Origin: Abditibacteriaceae bacterium
GTDB taxonomy: Bacteria; Armatimonadota; Abditibacteriia; Abditibacteriales; Abditibacteriaceae
NCBI GenBank assembly: GCA_031425655.1
Contig: JANPJS010000016.1
Span: 1-64,000 of the forward strand
DNA: 64,000 nt
Reading direction: 5' to 3'
Part shown: positions 1 through 9,860 of the stretch, piece after piece
Numbering within the stretch: position 1 is the stretch's first letter
Layout: every line of letters begins with the position of its first letter
Position numbers and translations under genes: made by a program
The notes under the pieces: generated by a model
The model's input: only the letters and a program-made list of their open reading frames with translations
Told to the model about the DNA's origin: nothing
Databases searched by the model: none

Positions 1-139
1 CGATGGTTGTCTCGCCTTTTTCCGCCTGCTGTAACAGGCCGATAATCCGTTCCTCGCTCCACTGTCGGGTTTTCATCTCGTCGTTCCTTTGGCTGAGATT
101 CTAACCTTTCAAATGGATCAGTTTTTGGGGTGCAGGTCA
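1..139 (-). mobile_element. Left end of an IS3-family (IS407-like) insertion sequence, running out of the window
   Basis: Minus strand begins at 139 with TGACCTGCACCCCAAAAACTGATCCA (TG...-type terminal IR) followed by an ATG at 76 for an OrfA-like peptide. Confidence 0.8.
2..76 (-). CDS. IS3-family transposase OrfA, N-terminus (partial)
   Basis: Hand translation MKTRQWSEERIIGLLQQAEKGETTI resembles the typical OrfA start (MKxxxFxEEQIIxxLxxAExG). Confidence 0.75.
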   Translation of the reverse strand, partial: MKTRQWSEERIIGLLQQAEKGETTI

Positions 140-359
140 AGGCCCATTCGGCGGCGCCTCTGGGGAGAAGAAGTAAGCGGAGGCGTTTGGCATCGTTGGG
201 ATAAGCAAAAAGATGGTCGTGATAATCGTCAAGAACATCGTGAAGAACGCCAAGAATGTTCTGATGATCAAAAACATAGCCGGAAGTTCCATTTAGAACT
301 CCCGATGTTTCAAAAGCATCGCCAGAAGTTCCATCAACAACACACGAAGGAGCAAAAAG

Positions 360-584
360 ATGGCGGAAAGTGACATCAAGGCGGCAGAGATTGGCACAGG
401 GAGCGAAGAAGCAACCCGCAAGCAGGATGTAATCAAGGACGACTGGCTCGCCGAACTTGAATTGGCCGAAGCGGTAGCGAAGGCCGCAAAAGCGGCATCG
501 TCTTCGACCACCGCACCGTGCAATACGCCGACGCCGCGAGTTTCATTTGCAGGACAAACGGCGCTATTCGGGATAACGTATTAA
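360..584 (+). CDS. Small hypothetical protein (74 aa)
   Basis: AAGGAG upstream of the ATG; no recognisable motif. Confidence 0.3.
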   Translation: MAESDIKAAEIGTGSEEATRKQDVIKDDWLAELELAEAVAKAAKAASSSTTAPCNTPTPRVSFAGQTALFGITY

Positions 585-821
585 CCACGGATGCACACAG
601 ATTGACACGGATGGTTTGGTTAAGTGTCTTGCAAAAATAGTTAAACCACAGAGGTCACCGAGAACACAGAGAAAACAAGAGGAAAGCCACAACGTGTGCG
701 AGGCCGCGAGCCGGAAGGCGCGACCCCCTTCTGATTTCTCTGTGTTCTCGGTGACCTCTGTGGTTTATTGGTTTATAGTCAGGGCATTTATCCGTGTTCC
801 TCCGTGTTCATCCGTGGTTAA
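581..821. repeat. Nested inverted-repeat element
   Basis: Outer arms TAACCACGGATGCACACAGATTGACACGGAT / ATCCGTGTTCCTCCGTGTTCATCCGTGGTTA; inner perfect 33-bp IR at 642-674 / 735-767. Confidence 0.9.
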
Positions 822-837
822 AAATCTTGGGGTTGAT

Positions 838-2022
838 ATGAAAAATCGGTTCTCTCTTTTTGCCGTTTCTGTGTTGTCGTGCGCGTTGGTGGGGCCGCTG
901 TTGGCGCAGGCTGCCAAGCCCGCGCCCGCGCCGGGTTCATGGGAGGCGTGGAGCGCCGTCGAACCGATTCGGCAGAAGTTTGGCGCGTTGCGCAAAACCG
1001 ACGCGGCGGCGGCGGCGGCATTGCTCGAAGACGAACTCAACAAAGTCAGCGACCCGCACGTCGCGGCGGATTTTTTCACGCTGCTGGGCGAGGTTTACAC
1101 CGACGATCTCAAAGCGCCCGATAAAACCGTGGCGCTCATTGACCGCGCGCTGCCGATTTTTCAAAAGCCCGCTTACAAGGTGCCGCCGTATCATTACATG
1201 ACGATGGTCGCCGCCAAAGCCAACGCGTTAGCGGCGCTCAAAAAAGGCGCCGAAGCCGAAGCGCTGCTCAAGGAAAACTGGCCTTTAGTGGTGCAATCGA
1301 ATCTGAGCGACAACCTTTATGCTCAGCGCACTTCGCGCGATAGCGTGCGCGCCCAAATAGCCGCTTTGGAAGCGCAGGACAAAGGCGCGCAGGTCAACGC
1401 GTTTTTGGCGGATTTTCTGCTTGGCTCGCCCAATTATTTGAATATGCAGAGCAATTCGACCGGCTACTGGATTTTCAACGAGCTGCAAACGCGCCTCAAA
1501 AAGCAGGAAAAATGGGACGAGGCGTTGGGCTGGGCCAAGCTCAGCTATCAACTGTGTCCGTTTGAGAAAGCTGAAATCGAGCGCGCCACGCAAACTTTGT
1601 CGAAGATTTGGGCCGCGCAAGACGATTTCGCGGCGGCGGGGATGTTTTCCAAGGCGCAAACCGATACGACCACAAAAAACCCGTTAGTCGCCGTGAAAAC
1701 GCCTGTGTTTTCCGAAGAAACGCGCGCCAGCCTGAAAAAGCAGATCGCCGATTTAGAGGGCAGGCAACAACTGGAATTTAAGCCCGACCGCGCCCGCATT
1801 ATCGTGAAGTTTTATTTGACGTTAGGCACGCCGGACGACATGAAAGACGCCATGAAAGCCGCCGTGAAGCTGCTCAAAGACCGCCCCGATTTGCAGGATG
1901 GCAGCCTTTCGGTGTGCCGCGTCTTCAAAGCGGCGGACTGCAATCTCATCCGCGCCAACGCTTTTCTGTCTTACATGGCTGGCGAAGGCGCGAATCCGGT
2001 GTCGGAGTTCTTGAAAAAGTAG
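838..2022 (+). CDS. Secreted alpha-helical (TPR-like) hypothetical protein, 394 aa
   Basis: Start reassigned to ATG 838 (MKNRFSLFAVSVLSCALVGPLLAQA signal peptide) because the upstream ORF extension reads through the repeat; Ala/Leu-rich helical repeats. Confidence 0.75.
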   Translation: MKNRFSLFAVSVLSCALVGPLLAQAAKPAPAPGSWEAWSAVEPIRQKFGALRKTDAAAAAALLEDELNKVSDPHVAADFFTLLGEVYTDDLKAPDKTVALIDRALPIFQKPAYKVPPYHYMTMVAAKANALAALKKGAEAEALLKENWPLVVQSNLSDNLYAQRTSRDSVRAQIAALEAQDKGAQVNAFLADFLLGSPNYLNMQSNSTGYWIFNELQTRLKKQEKWDEALGWAKLSYQLCPFEKAEIERATQTLSKIWAAQDDFAAAGMFSKAQTDTTTKNPLVAVKTPVFSEETRASLKKQIADLEGRQQLEFKPDRARIIVKFYLTLGTPDDMKDAMKAAVKLLKDRPDLQDGSLSVCRVFKAADCNLIRANAFLSYMAGEGANPVSEFLKK

Positions 2023-2038
2023 ATCGCAGCTTCGGCCT

Positions 2039-2258
2039 GAAGCTGTCTGAGAATAGCCATTAATCGTGAGTTGAGCCGCTTTTAATAGGACGCGGAGCTT
2101 CGCTTTCCTGCCCAGAGGGCGCCCGAAACAGCTTTGAAGGCGCGGTTTTGCCGAACGAAATCCGCGAAAATCAGCGCACAACGTCCGCGCAGCGAAGCTC
2201 CGCGTCCCATTGAAAAGTCTTCGCTGTTAGTAGTCATGAATTTTCAGACGGTTTCTTA
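2039..2258. mobile_element. MITE-like element, family A copy 1
   Basis: Terminal IR GAAGCTGTCTGAGAAT / ATTTTCAGACGGTTTC-TTA, internal IR GGACGCGGAGCTTCGCT / AGCGAAGCTCCGCGTCC; recurs at 13017, 24735 and 44667. Confidence 0.85.
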
Positions 2259-2275
2259 GGAAACTGGAGTTAATT

Positions 2276-4504
2276 ATGCGTTTTAGCTGTTTGGCGAGTG
2301 TCATTCTGCTGGCTTTGTGCAGTTCGGCTTTTGCGCAAGCGCCGCGCGTGGAAGATGAATTTGTCGGGCCGTTCGCGTCGTGGGCGAACCTCAAACGCGA
2401 TTATCAGGCCGTTGGCGACGGCGTGGCCGACGACAGCGCGGCCTTGCAAAAAGCCTTAGACGACTTGAAAGTAGACGGCAAGCCCAAAGTGCTTTATCTG
2501 CCCAAAGGCACTTATCGCATCACCAAAGGCTTGCAGATGATTTCGCACATTTACTTCGGCGTTTTGGGCGAAGACCCCGCGAATACAACCATCAAATGGG
2601 ACGGCGCGCCCGGCGGCACCATGCTGTTTTGCAACGGCGCGCGTTACGGTCGTTTTGGCCGCATAACGTGGGACGGCAGCGGCAAAGCCGAAACCGCCGT
2701 TGACCACGATTGGGACAGCCAGACGCCCAACGCCAACTCGCACAACGAACACGCCGACGAAGTTTTCAAGGATGTCGGCTTTGGCATTCGCGGCGGCAAA
2801 CCGCACTTCATGGATGCCGAATGCGCGGTTTTGCGCTGCAAGTTTTTGCGCTGTTCCAAAGCCGGCGTCAGCATCGAAAGCTTCAACGCGCTCGACTGGT
2901 GGATTTGGCATTCTTATTTTGAAGACTGCTTTGTCGGCGTCACCAACGACCCCGGCGCCGGGCATTTTCACGTCTACGAAAGCCTGTTCAAGAACTCAAC
3001 CGAAAGCGACCTCAAACTCAGTCACTGCTCGTATTTCAGCATTCGCGGCAACATTAGCATCGGCTCCAAAGCCTTTTACACCGGCCAATGGCGCGACTGC
3101 GCGGCGCAAGTGACGCTGCAAGGCAACACGATCCTTGACCCGACCGGCCCGACGCCGATTCAGCACGGCAATCACGGCGGCTTTTTGATGCTGGATAACG
3201 TCGTCAAAAGCACCAAAGACAAGGCCAAAGGCGAACACGTCGTTTACGTCAATAAAGGCACTTCGCTGCTCGCCGTCGGCAACACGTTTACCCAGCCAGA
3301 CGCTATTGACATCGCCGACGCTAAATCCGGCGCGCCTTTGATTTTAGCCGGCAAAGTCGTGGCGCCGAACGCCGTAAAAACGGCCCTGCCCGTTTTGCCG
3401 GGCACGCCGCCGAATTTAGCACGCCGCGTTTTTGAAGTCGCGCCCGGCGCCGATGGAACTGTGATTCAAAAGGCCATTGACGACGCCTCAGCGCTCAAAG
3501 GGCAGCGCGCGGTCGTGCATTTGCCGCCCGGCACTTATCCGATTGCCAAAACCCTTGTGGTTCCAGCCAACGCCGGCGTGCAAATCGTCGGCGACGGCTT
3601 CGCCACGCGATTGCAATGGAAAGGCGACGACCAAACGCCGCTTTTGCGTTTAATGGGGCCGGCGCGCGCAGTTTTGCGCGAAATGGAGATTCAAGCCGGC
3701 GCGGCTTCGGCGGGCATCGTCGTTGAAAAATGCGACCAGCCGAGCGCACGAGTTTGGATGGAGCAAGGCGATGTTTCGGATGCGCAAAACGTCGGCTTGT
3801 TAGTGGACGGTTTGGCCAATACCGACGTGAGCCTGCACAACTTTTATCACAGCGGCAACAAAGGCGTGGCGGTCAAAGTTATCGGCGCGCCGGGCACCAA
3901 AAACACGGCGCGCACGGTGATTTTTGGCGGCGCTTCCAGCAGCAACAATTTATCTTACGACGTGCAAAACGGTGGGCGATTGATGGCGCAGGACATCTGG
4001 TATGAAGGCGCGCCGCCGCGCTTTATTCACTTCACCGACAAGAGTTCCGGCACTTTCACGCTCAACGGCGCCACGACGGCCAGCGGGCGTCCCGGCCCCA
4101 ACGCCAACGCCGATGACCCCAATTTCGCCGCGCTGGAATTTAACGGCTTCAAGGGCGATGCGACCCTGCTCAACGTCAACATCGGCACTAATTTAACGGT
4201 CGCCGGCGACAGCCGCGAAACGCGGCTGCTGGGAATGCTGCACGGGGGCGAAAACGCGGTCGTTAATCGCTCGACGGGCGCCAAAGTCGCGCTTTTGGGC
4301 GGCAGCCAGGCTAAACCCGATGGCAGCGCGGCTGTGATTCCCAATCAGGGCAGCGCCGAACCCGCCTTTGTCTTAAAGATGCTGGAACAACTGCGCACCG
4401 ACCGCCCGCGCCCCTTGAACGCTCTCAAAGGCGGCGTAACCGATGTGCGTTTTTATCGCGTTACGGTTTCCGGCGGGCAAACGGGTGTTCACCTCACGCG
4501 CTGA
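2276..4504 (+). CDS. Secreted right-handed beta-helix carbohydrate-active protein (pectate-lyase-3 / GH55-like, two beta-helix modules)
   Basis: Signal peptide; AVGDGVADDSAALQKALD...LYLPKGTYRI and a second IQKAIDDA...VHLPPGTYPI cap motif; GGAG RBS. Confidence 0.8.
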   Translation: MRFSCLASVILLALCSSAFAQAPRVEDEFVGPFASWANLKRDYQAVGDGVADDSAALQKALDDLKVDGKPKVLYLPKGTYRITKGLQMISHIYFGVLGEDPANTTIKWDGAPGGTMLFCNGARYGRFGRITWDGSGKAETAVDHDWDSQTPNANSHNEHADEVFKDVGFGIRGGKPHFMDAECAVLRCKFLRCSKAGVSIESFNALDWWIWHSYFEDCFVGVTNDPGAGHFHVYESLFKNSTESDLKLSHCSYFSIRGNISIGSKAFYTGQWRDCAAQVTLQGNTILDPTGPTPIQHGNHGGFLMLDNVVKSTKDKAKGEHVVYVNKGTSLLAVGNTFTQPDAIDIADAKSGAPLILAGKVVAPNAVKTALPVLPGTPPNLARRVFEVAPGADGTVIQKAIDDASALKGQRAVVHLPPGTYPIAKTLVVPANAGVQIVGDGFATRLQWKGDDQTPLLRLMGPARAVLREMEIQAGAASAGIVVEKCDQPSARVWMEQGDVSDAQNVGLLVDGLANTDVSLHNFYHSGNKGVAVKVIGAPGTKNTARTVIFGGASSSNNLSYDVQNGGRLMAQDIWYEGAPPRFIHFTDKSSGTFTLNGATTASGRPGPNANADDPNFAALEFNGFKGDATLLNVNIGTNLTVAGDSRETRLLGMLHGGENAVVNRSTGAKVALLGGSQAKPDGSAAVIPNQGSAEPAFVLKMLEQLRTDRPRPLNALKGGVTDVRFYRVTVSGGQTGVHLTR

Positions 4505-5021
4505 CTGATCTTTCCTTGATTATGTAGACACGGAAAGAGAGGTTTTCCTGCTTCTGCTGCTCGATGGCGCCAGCCCACTTCTTGTTCCACTCGTCGGGTT
4601 TCAAGCGATAGCACCTGTCGAACCTGGTGCGCCAATCCAACTCCGCCACCAGTCCGAGCCGCTTCAAACCGCTCACGTTGGTCAGCGGCGTGGCTTGCAG
4701 CGAGAGCGCGACCCGGCGGTCTTTGGCAGCCCTTTCAGCCACCAATACGCAAACGCGCTCAGCCGAGAAAGCAAAACCAGAGGAATTACAACGGTTGCTG
4801 CGGTTACTCTTTATAGGAGTGGGCGCCCACCAAACATTGCGCCGATTCGGATAGGCTCTAAACCCATCATCAAGAGAGGAGACGGCACATCGGATCATGT
4901 ATGGTAATGAACTTGACCTCGTGAAAGTGTCAGGCAGTGCGAACAGCACCAATCTCACCGAAGCCGGCCCTGCGTCTTTTCGCAGCGCGAAGAGGAAAAG
5001 CATCTTTTCTCGCTCGCGCTG

Positions 5022-5135
5022 GTTTCCGCGCGTTATGTGCGTCTAACTTATCTCGATCATCACGACGCGAAAGTGCCATACTATTCGACATTCGCGTTCA
5101 CAACTGAGGCCGATGTTTACGCGCCGACTAAGTAA
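5022..5135 (+). pseudogene. Possible C-terminal remnant of a discoidin (F5/8 type C) domain gene
   Basis: Frame reads VSARYVRLTYLDHHDAKVPYYSTFAFTTEADVYAPTK*, like the ARYVRL...ExxVY end of discoidin domains; no clear start. Confidence 0.35.
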
Positions 5136-5179
5136 GCGACCTGCCTCAGATGCGAAAGCGACGCAGAAGACTCTCTCCT

Positions 5180-8100
5180 ATGAAAAAATGGACTAAATTT
5201 GCCGTCCTTCTTGTTGTCGCTTTCCTCTGCTTTGGTTCCGTGCTCTACGGCTGGGCCGTAATGCTGCGCCCGCCCCTCACCGCTGCGCCCATAAGTTATT
5301 CGCAGGAAAAGCTCGCGGAGATTAAACAACTGCGCGATGTCAGTTTCGATCCGAAAAACCCGCCGGTTGTGCAGCGCGATGTGGATTACGCGCAGGGCAA
5401 AGCAGCGCCGTGGTTTCCCAAAGGCGAATCGCCGATTTTAGCCGAGTTGGTCAAAGACAAAAAGCTGCCGCCGGTCGCCGAGCGCGTGGGGCCGGAGCCG
5501 GTCGTGCTCGAAGGCGTGGACGGCATCGGCAAATACGGCGGCACCTGGCTGCGCATCGCCAATGCGCCCGGCGATGTCGGCATCATTTCATGGCGGTTGT
5601 CGGGCGCCACTTTGGTGCGCTGGTCGCCGATGGGCTATCCAATTCGTCCGCACATCGCTAAATCGTGGACGGCCAGCCCCGACCGCCGCGAATGGACGTT
5701 CCATTTACGCAAAGGCATGAAATGGTCGGACGGACAGCCGCTCACCGCCAATGATGCCGTTTACTGGTGGCAAGCCGAACAATTGAAGATTGCCGCCACG
5801 CCGGTGCCGTGGATGACGGTAGCCGGAAAAATCGGCAAGCTGGTCAAGGTGGACGACTACACCATCAAGTTCGTCTTCCCCAAGCCGAACGGCGTGCTGC
5901 TCGAAAACCTCGTGCGGGCAACGCCGTTTTCGCCGCGCCATTACTTTGAGAAATACCATCCCGACTTGGGCGATAAGAAAACAAAAGAGGCGGCGATGGC
6001 GGCGCGCAGCCTGACTTCCGAGCGTGCGCTCTACACCGCATTGTCGGACTTTCGCAACCCGGAGTGTCCGCGTCTCTGGCCGTGGATTTATCGCACCTAC
6101 AAGTCCAGCCCGCCCGAAGGCTTCGTGCGCAATCCCTATTTCTGGGCGGTTGACCCGCAGGGCAATCAACTACCTTATGTAGATCGCATTTTGTTCGAGG
6201 TGAAAAGCCCGAAGCTGATTGCGCTAACCGCAGCCAGCGGCGACATCACCATGCAGGCGCGCCATCTCGCCTACGATAATTACACGATGCTCATGGAGAA
6301 TCGGGCGCGCAACCGCTATCAGGTTTATCACTGGTTTCCGGCATCGCGCTCGGCCTTCACGCTCTGGCCGAATAATAATCGCCGGGTTTTGCCCAACGAT
6401 GCCGTTTCGAAAAACAAAGCCACTTTGCTGGGCAATAAAACCTTTCGCCAGGCGCTGTCACTGGCGATCAACCGCCAACAAATTATCAAAGCCATCTACG
6501 CCGGCTACGGCGAGCCGGCGCAAATTGATCCAGGACGCGAATCGGAGTTTCACAGCGAAAACCTGATGAAGAGCTTCACAAAGTTCGACCCGGAGCGCGC
6601 GGGCCAGATGTTCGACGGGCTGGGGCTGGACAAACGCGACATCGAAGGAATGCGAACCTTCCCCGACGGTTCGCGCATGACCTGGTATATTGACTTCACC
6701 GACTTTACCGGCGAAGGCCCGGCGCAGTTCGTGGTGGACGATTGGGCCAAAGCCGGCGTTCGCGCCATCCACCGCGAACGCTCGCGCCCGCTCTGGACGA
6801 CGGAGAAAGCAGCCCTGCTGCACGATTTCAGTGTGTGGACGGGCGAAAGCGAATTCAATCCGCTGGTCGAGCCGCGCAGCTTCGTGGCGACTTATGGCGA
6901 ATCTCACTTCGCGCCGGCAACGGGCATCTGGTATCAAAAAGGCGGGCTTTACGGCGATCCGAAGGCGCTGCAAGGCGGCATCCAGCCACCCAAAAATAGC
7001 CCGATGCGCCGCGCCCAAGAGTTGCTACAACAAGCGCAGATGGCCCCAACCCGCGCGGCGCAAGTCAAGATTTTCAATCAAATTACGGACATCGCGGCGG
7101 ATAACGTGTGGTCTATCAGCATCGCCACACCGCCGCCGCAACTTTGCGTAGTCAGGGACGGCTTTCGTGGCGTGCCGCGCAACGTGATGTATGGCGCGTC
7201 CTACAATACGCCCGCCAACGCCGGCATCGAAACGTTTTATTTCGAAAAGCCGAAGGATTCGCCCGGCGCCATCGCGCAGATTAAAAAGGAGATGACTACG
7301 GTCACGTCGGAGACTGGAACGGTCAGCGCCGGCGTGGCTGAGGCGCCGAGCGGCGGCGGTTTGGGAAGGTTCGTCAAGCTCCTGATTTATGGCATTCTCG
7401 CGCTCGCTCTGCTGCTGGCGGCGGTGCGCCATCCCTATATCGGGCGGCGCATCCTCATCATGGTTCCGACGCTGCTGCTCATTTCGGTCGTGACGTTCGT
7501 GATTATTCAGCTTCCGCCCGGCGATTTCATCGAGACGCGCATCACCGAATTGCGCGCCACCGGCGACGAAGCCGCCATCGAGGAAGTGCAGCGTCTTTCG
7601 GAGATGTTCCACCTCGACGAGCCGCTCTGGCAACAATACTCGCGTTGGATGGGCCTCAAATGGTTCGTCACCTTCGACGAGGCCGACAAAGGTCTCTTGC
7701 AAGGCAATATGGGGCGCTCGATGGAAACGCAAAAATCGGTCAATGACATCGTCGGCGACCGCGTGATGTTGACGGTTTTAGTGTCGCTGGGCACGATACT
7801 CTTCACCTGGGCCATTGCGATGCCGATTGGCATTTATTCGGCGGTGCGCCAGTATTCGTGGGGCGACTACGTGTTGAGCTTCTTAGGCTTCATCGGGATG
7901 TGCGTGCCGAACTTCTTGCTGGGCATCATCCTGATGTATTGGAGCGGCAAATATCTCGGCGTCAACGTCACCGGGTTGTTTTCGCCCGAATACGCCGCGC
8001 AGCCCGAATGGACGTGGGGCAAGGTCGTGAATCTGCTACAGCACGTCTGGATACCAATCATCGTCATCGCTACGGCGGGCACGGCGGGCATGATCCGCGT

Positions 8101-8461
8101 CATGCGCGGCAATCTGCTTGACGAGCTTCGTAAGCCGTATGTGACAACAGCGATGGCGAAGGGCGTGCGGCCCTTCCGCCTGCTCATGAAATATCCGGTG
8201 CGGCTGGCGCTGAACCCGTTCATCTCCGGCATCGGCGGCATCTTCCCGCAACTGATTTCGGGCGGCGCCATCGTGGCGATTGTTCTCAGCCTGCCAATGG
8301 TCGGCCCGGTCATGCTGCAAGGCCTGATGACGCAGGATGTTTATCTCGCTGGCTCGATGCTGATGGTGCTCAGCCTGCTCGGCATCTTCGGCACGCTCGT
8401 TAGCGATTTGCTGCTGCTCTGGCTCGACCCGCGCATTCGCATGGAAGGAGGCTCGAAGTGA
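5180..8461 (+). CDS. ABC importer: family 5 substrate-binding protein fused to OppB/DppB-type permease (1093 aa)
   Basis: LPPVAERVGPEP, GKYGG, LRKGMKWSDGQPLTAND, NQLPYVDRI SBP motifs, then LPPGDF...YVTTAMAKGV EAA loop and WLDPRIR end; start taken at ATG 5180. Confidence 0.9.
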   Translation: MKKWTKFAVLLVVAFLCFGSVLYGWAVMLRPPLTAAPISYSQEKLAEIKQLRDVSFDPKNPPVVQRDVDYAQGKAAPWFPKGESPILAELVKDKKLPPVAERVGPEPVVLEGVDGIGKYGGTWLRIANAPGDVGIISWRLSGATLVRWSPMGYPIRPHIAKSWTASPDRREWTFHLRKGMKWSDGQPLTANDAVYWWQAEQLKIAATPVPWMTVAGKIGKLVKVDDYTIKFVFPKPNGVLLENLVRATPFSPRHYFEKYHPDLGDKKTKEAAMAARSLTSERALYTALSDFRNPECPRLWPWIYRTYKSSPPEGFVRNPYFWAVDPQGNQLPYVDRILFEVKSPKLIALTAASGDITMQARHLAYDNYTMLMENRARNRYQVYHWFPASRSAFTLWPNNNRRVLPNDAVSKNKATLLGNKTFRQALSLAINRQQIIKAIYAGYGEPAQIDPGRESEFHSENLMKSFTKFDPERAGQMFDGLGLDKRDIEGMRTFPDGSRMTWYIDFTDFTGEGPAQFVVDDWAKAGVRAIHRERSRPLWTTEKAALLHDFSVWTGESEFNPLVEPRSFVATYGESHFAPATGIWYQKGGLYGDPKALQGGIQPPKNSPMRRAQELLQQAQMAPTRAAQVKIFNQITDIAADNVWSISIATPPPQLCVVRDGFRGVPRNVMYGASYNTPANAGIETFYFEKPKDSPGAIAQIKKEMTTVTSETGTVSAGVAEAPSGGGLGRFVKLLIYGILALALLLAAVRHPYIGRRILIMVPTLLLISVVTFVIIQLPPGDFIETRITELRATGDEAAIEEVQRLSEMFHLDEPLWQQYSRWMGLKWFVTFDEADKGLLQGNMGRSMETQKSVNDIVGDRVMLTVLVSLGTILFTWAIAMPIGIYSAVRQYSWGDYVLSFLGFIGMCVPNFLLGIILMYWSGKYLGVNVTGLFSPEYAAQPEWTWGKVVNLLQHVWIPIIVIATAGTAGMIRVMRGNLLDELRKPYVTTAMAKGVRPFRLLMKYPVRLALNPFISGIGGIFPQLISGGAIVAIVLSLPMVGPVMLQGLMTQDVYLAGSMLMVLSLLGIFGTLVSDLLLLWLDPRIRMEGGSK

Positions 8462-9741
8462 GAAAAGCCCACGAACTGGAAGCGCCGGAAGAAGCCAAAG
8501 CCGAATTCGAGACCGAACACATCCGCCTGCCCGACGACATGATTCCGGTTGAAGCCATGCTGCCGCACGAACAGCTTGCGCCGCCGGAACTGATCGAAGA
8601 GCATTTATACGACCGGGATATGCCAGAAAATGACAGCGCGGCGACGCTTTCGCAATGGCAGCTCATCGCGCTGCGCTTTTCGCGGCACTATCTGGCGGTC
8701 GCCTCGCTGTTCCTACTCATTGTGCTTTATTCGACGGCGCTTTTCGCCGAATTTGTGTCGCCTTACACGCGCGGCTGGAACAATGTGGAGATGATTTACG
8801 CGCCGCCGCAACTGCCGAAGTTCAGCTTTGCCAACGGCATCTACACCAACCGCGTCGAGCGCCAGATTGACCCGATCACGCTCAAGAATTACTATCTCAA
8901 GACCGATGACGTGGTGCCGCTCGGCTTCTTCGTCAAAGGCGAGCCGTATAAATTCTGGGGTATTATTCCCATGGATCGCCATTTCTTCGGTGTGCGCACC
9001 CCCCTCAATCCCCCCTTAGCAAAGGGGGAAGAAAGGGGGGTCGGGACGTTTTATTTTCTTGGCGCCGACAAATACGGGCGCGACATTTACAGCCGCCTGA
9101 CTTATGGGGCGCGCATCAGCCTGTCCATCGGCATCGTTTCGATCATTGCGACGTTTTTGCTCGGCGCCACCATCGGCGGCATTTCGGGCTACGTCGGCGG
9201 CGCGACGGACACCTTTATCCAGCGCGTCATCGAAGTCATCAACTCATTTCCGCATCTGCCGCTGTGGCTGGCGTTCGCCGCCGTGCTGCCCAGCGACTGG
9301 TCGCCGATTCAAACTTACTTTGCCATCACCATCGTGCTGAGTTTGCTCGGCTGGACGGGACTGGCGCGTGTGGTGCGCGGCAAGATTCTCTCGCTGCGCG
9401 AGGAAGATTACGCGGTCGCGGCGCGCCTGCTCGGCGCCAGTCACAGCCGCATCATTTTTCGCCATCTGCTGCCGGGTTTCACCAGCCACATCATCGTAAG
9501 TTTGTCGCTGAGCGTGCCCGGCATGATTCTTGGCGAAACCGCGCTTTCGTTTTTGGGTTTGGGCCTACGCCCTCCGGTGGTCAGTTGGGGCGTGATGTTG
9601 CAGGAGTGCCTCAACATTGACGTGGTGGCCAACTACCCGTGGCTGCTCATGCCCGTCGTGTTCATCGTCCTGACCGTTTTGGCGTTCAACTTTTTCGGCG
9701 ACGGAATGCGCGACGCCGCCGATCCTTACTCTTCCAAATGA
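8458..9741 (+). CDS. ABC permease, OppC/DppC family
   Basis: LGADKYGRDIYSRLTYGARISL, EAA loop EDYAVAARLLGAS, GDGMRDAADP; GTGA overlap with the upstream gene. Confidence 0.92.
   Translation: MRKAHELEAPEEAKAEFETEHIRLPDDMIPVEAMLPHEQLAPPELIEEHLYDRDMPENDSAATLSQWQLIALRFSRHYLAVASLFLLIVLYSTALFAEFVSPYTRGWNNVEMIYAPPQLPKFSFANGIYTNRVERQIDPITLKNYYLKTDDVVPLGFFVKGEPYKFWGIIPMDRHFFGVRTPLNPPLAKGEERGVGTFYFLGADKYGRDIYSRLTYGARISLSIGIVSIIATFLLGATIGGISGYVGGATDTFIQRVIEVINSFPHLPLWLAFAAVLPSDWSPIQTYFAITIVLSLLGWTGLARVVRGKILSLREEDYAVAARLLGASHSRIIFRHLLPGFTSHIIVSLSLSVPGMILGETALSFLGLGLRPPVVSWGVMLQECLNIDVVANYPWLLMPVVFIVLTVLAFNFFGDGMRDAADPYSSK
8998..9041. repeat. REP-like palindrome embedded in frame in the permease gene
   Basis: ACCCCCCTCAATCCCCCCTTAGCAAAGGGGGAAGAAAGGGGGGT, translated as TPLNPPLAKGEERGV. 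Confidence 0.65.
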
Positions 9742-9747
9742 ACGACA

Positions 9748-9838
9748 AAACACAAAGAACACAAAGGGAACACAAAGAACACGAAAAGAATTGAATTGCT
9801 TTTGTGTCCTTTGTGATTTCTTTGTGTTCTTTGTGTTT
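9748..9838. repeat. Inverted array of ACACAAAGA-like short repeats
   Basis: AACACAAAG(A) units followed by (T)CTTTGTGT units forming a long hairpin between two ABC genes. Confidence 0.85.
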
Positions 9839-9860
9839 AATCAAATGTGTTTAATCAAAA

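Noticed and set aside
140..373. Remnant of a gene interrupted by the IS
   Set aside because: Open frames exist on both strands but none gives a recognisable protein
616..837. 5' extension of the 468-aa ORF
   Set aside because: Reads through the nested palindrome; the signal peptide starts at ATG 838
4494..5003. 169-aa minus-strand ORF
   Set aside because: No motif or RBS recognised; the region looks like decayed fragments
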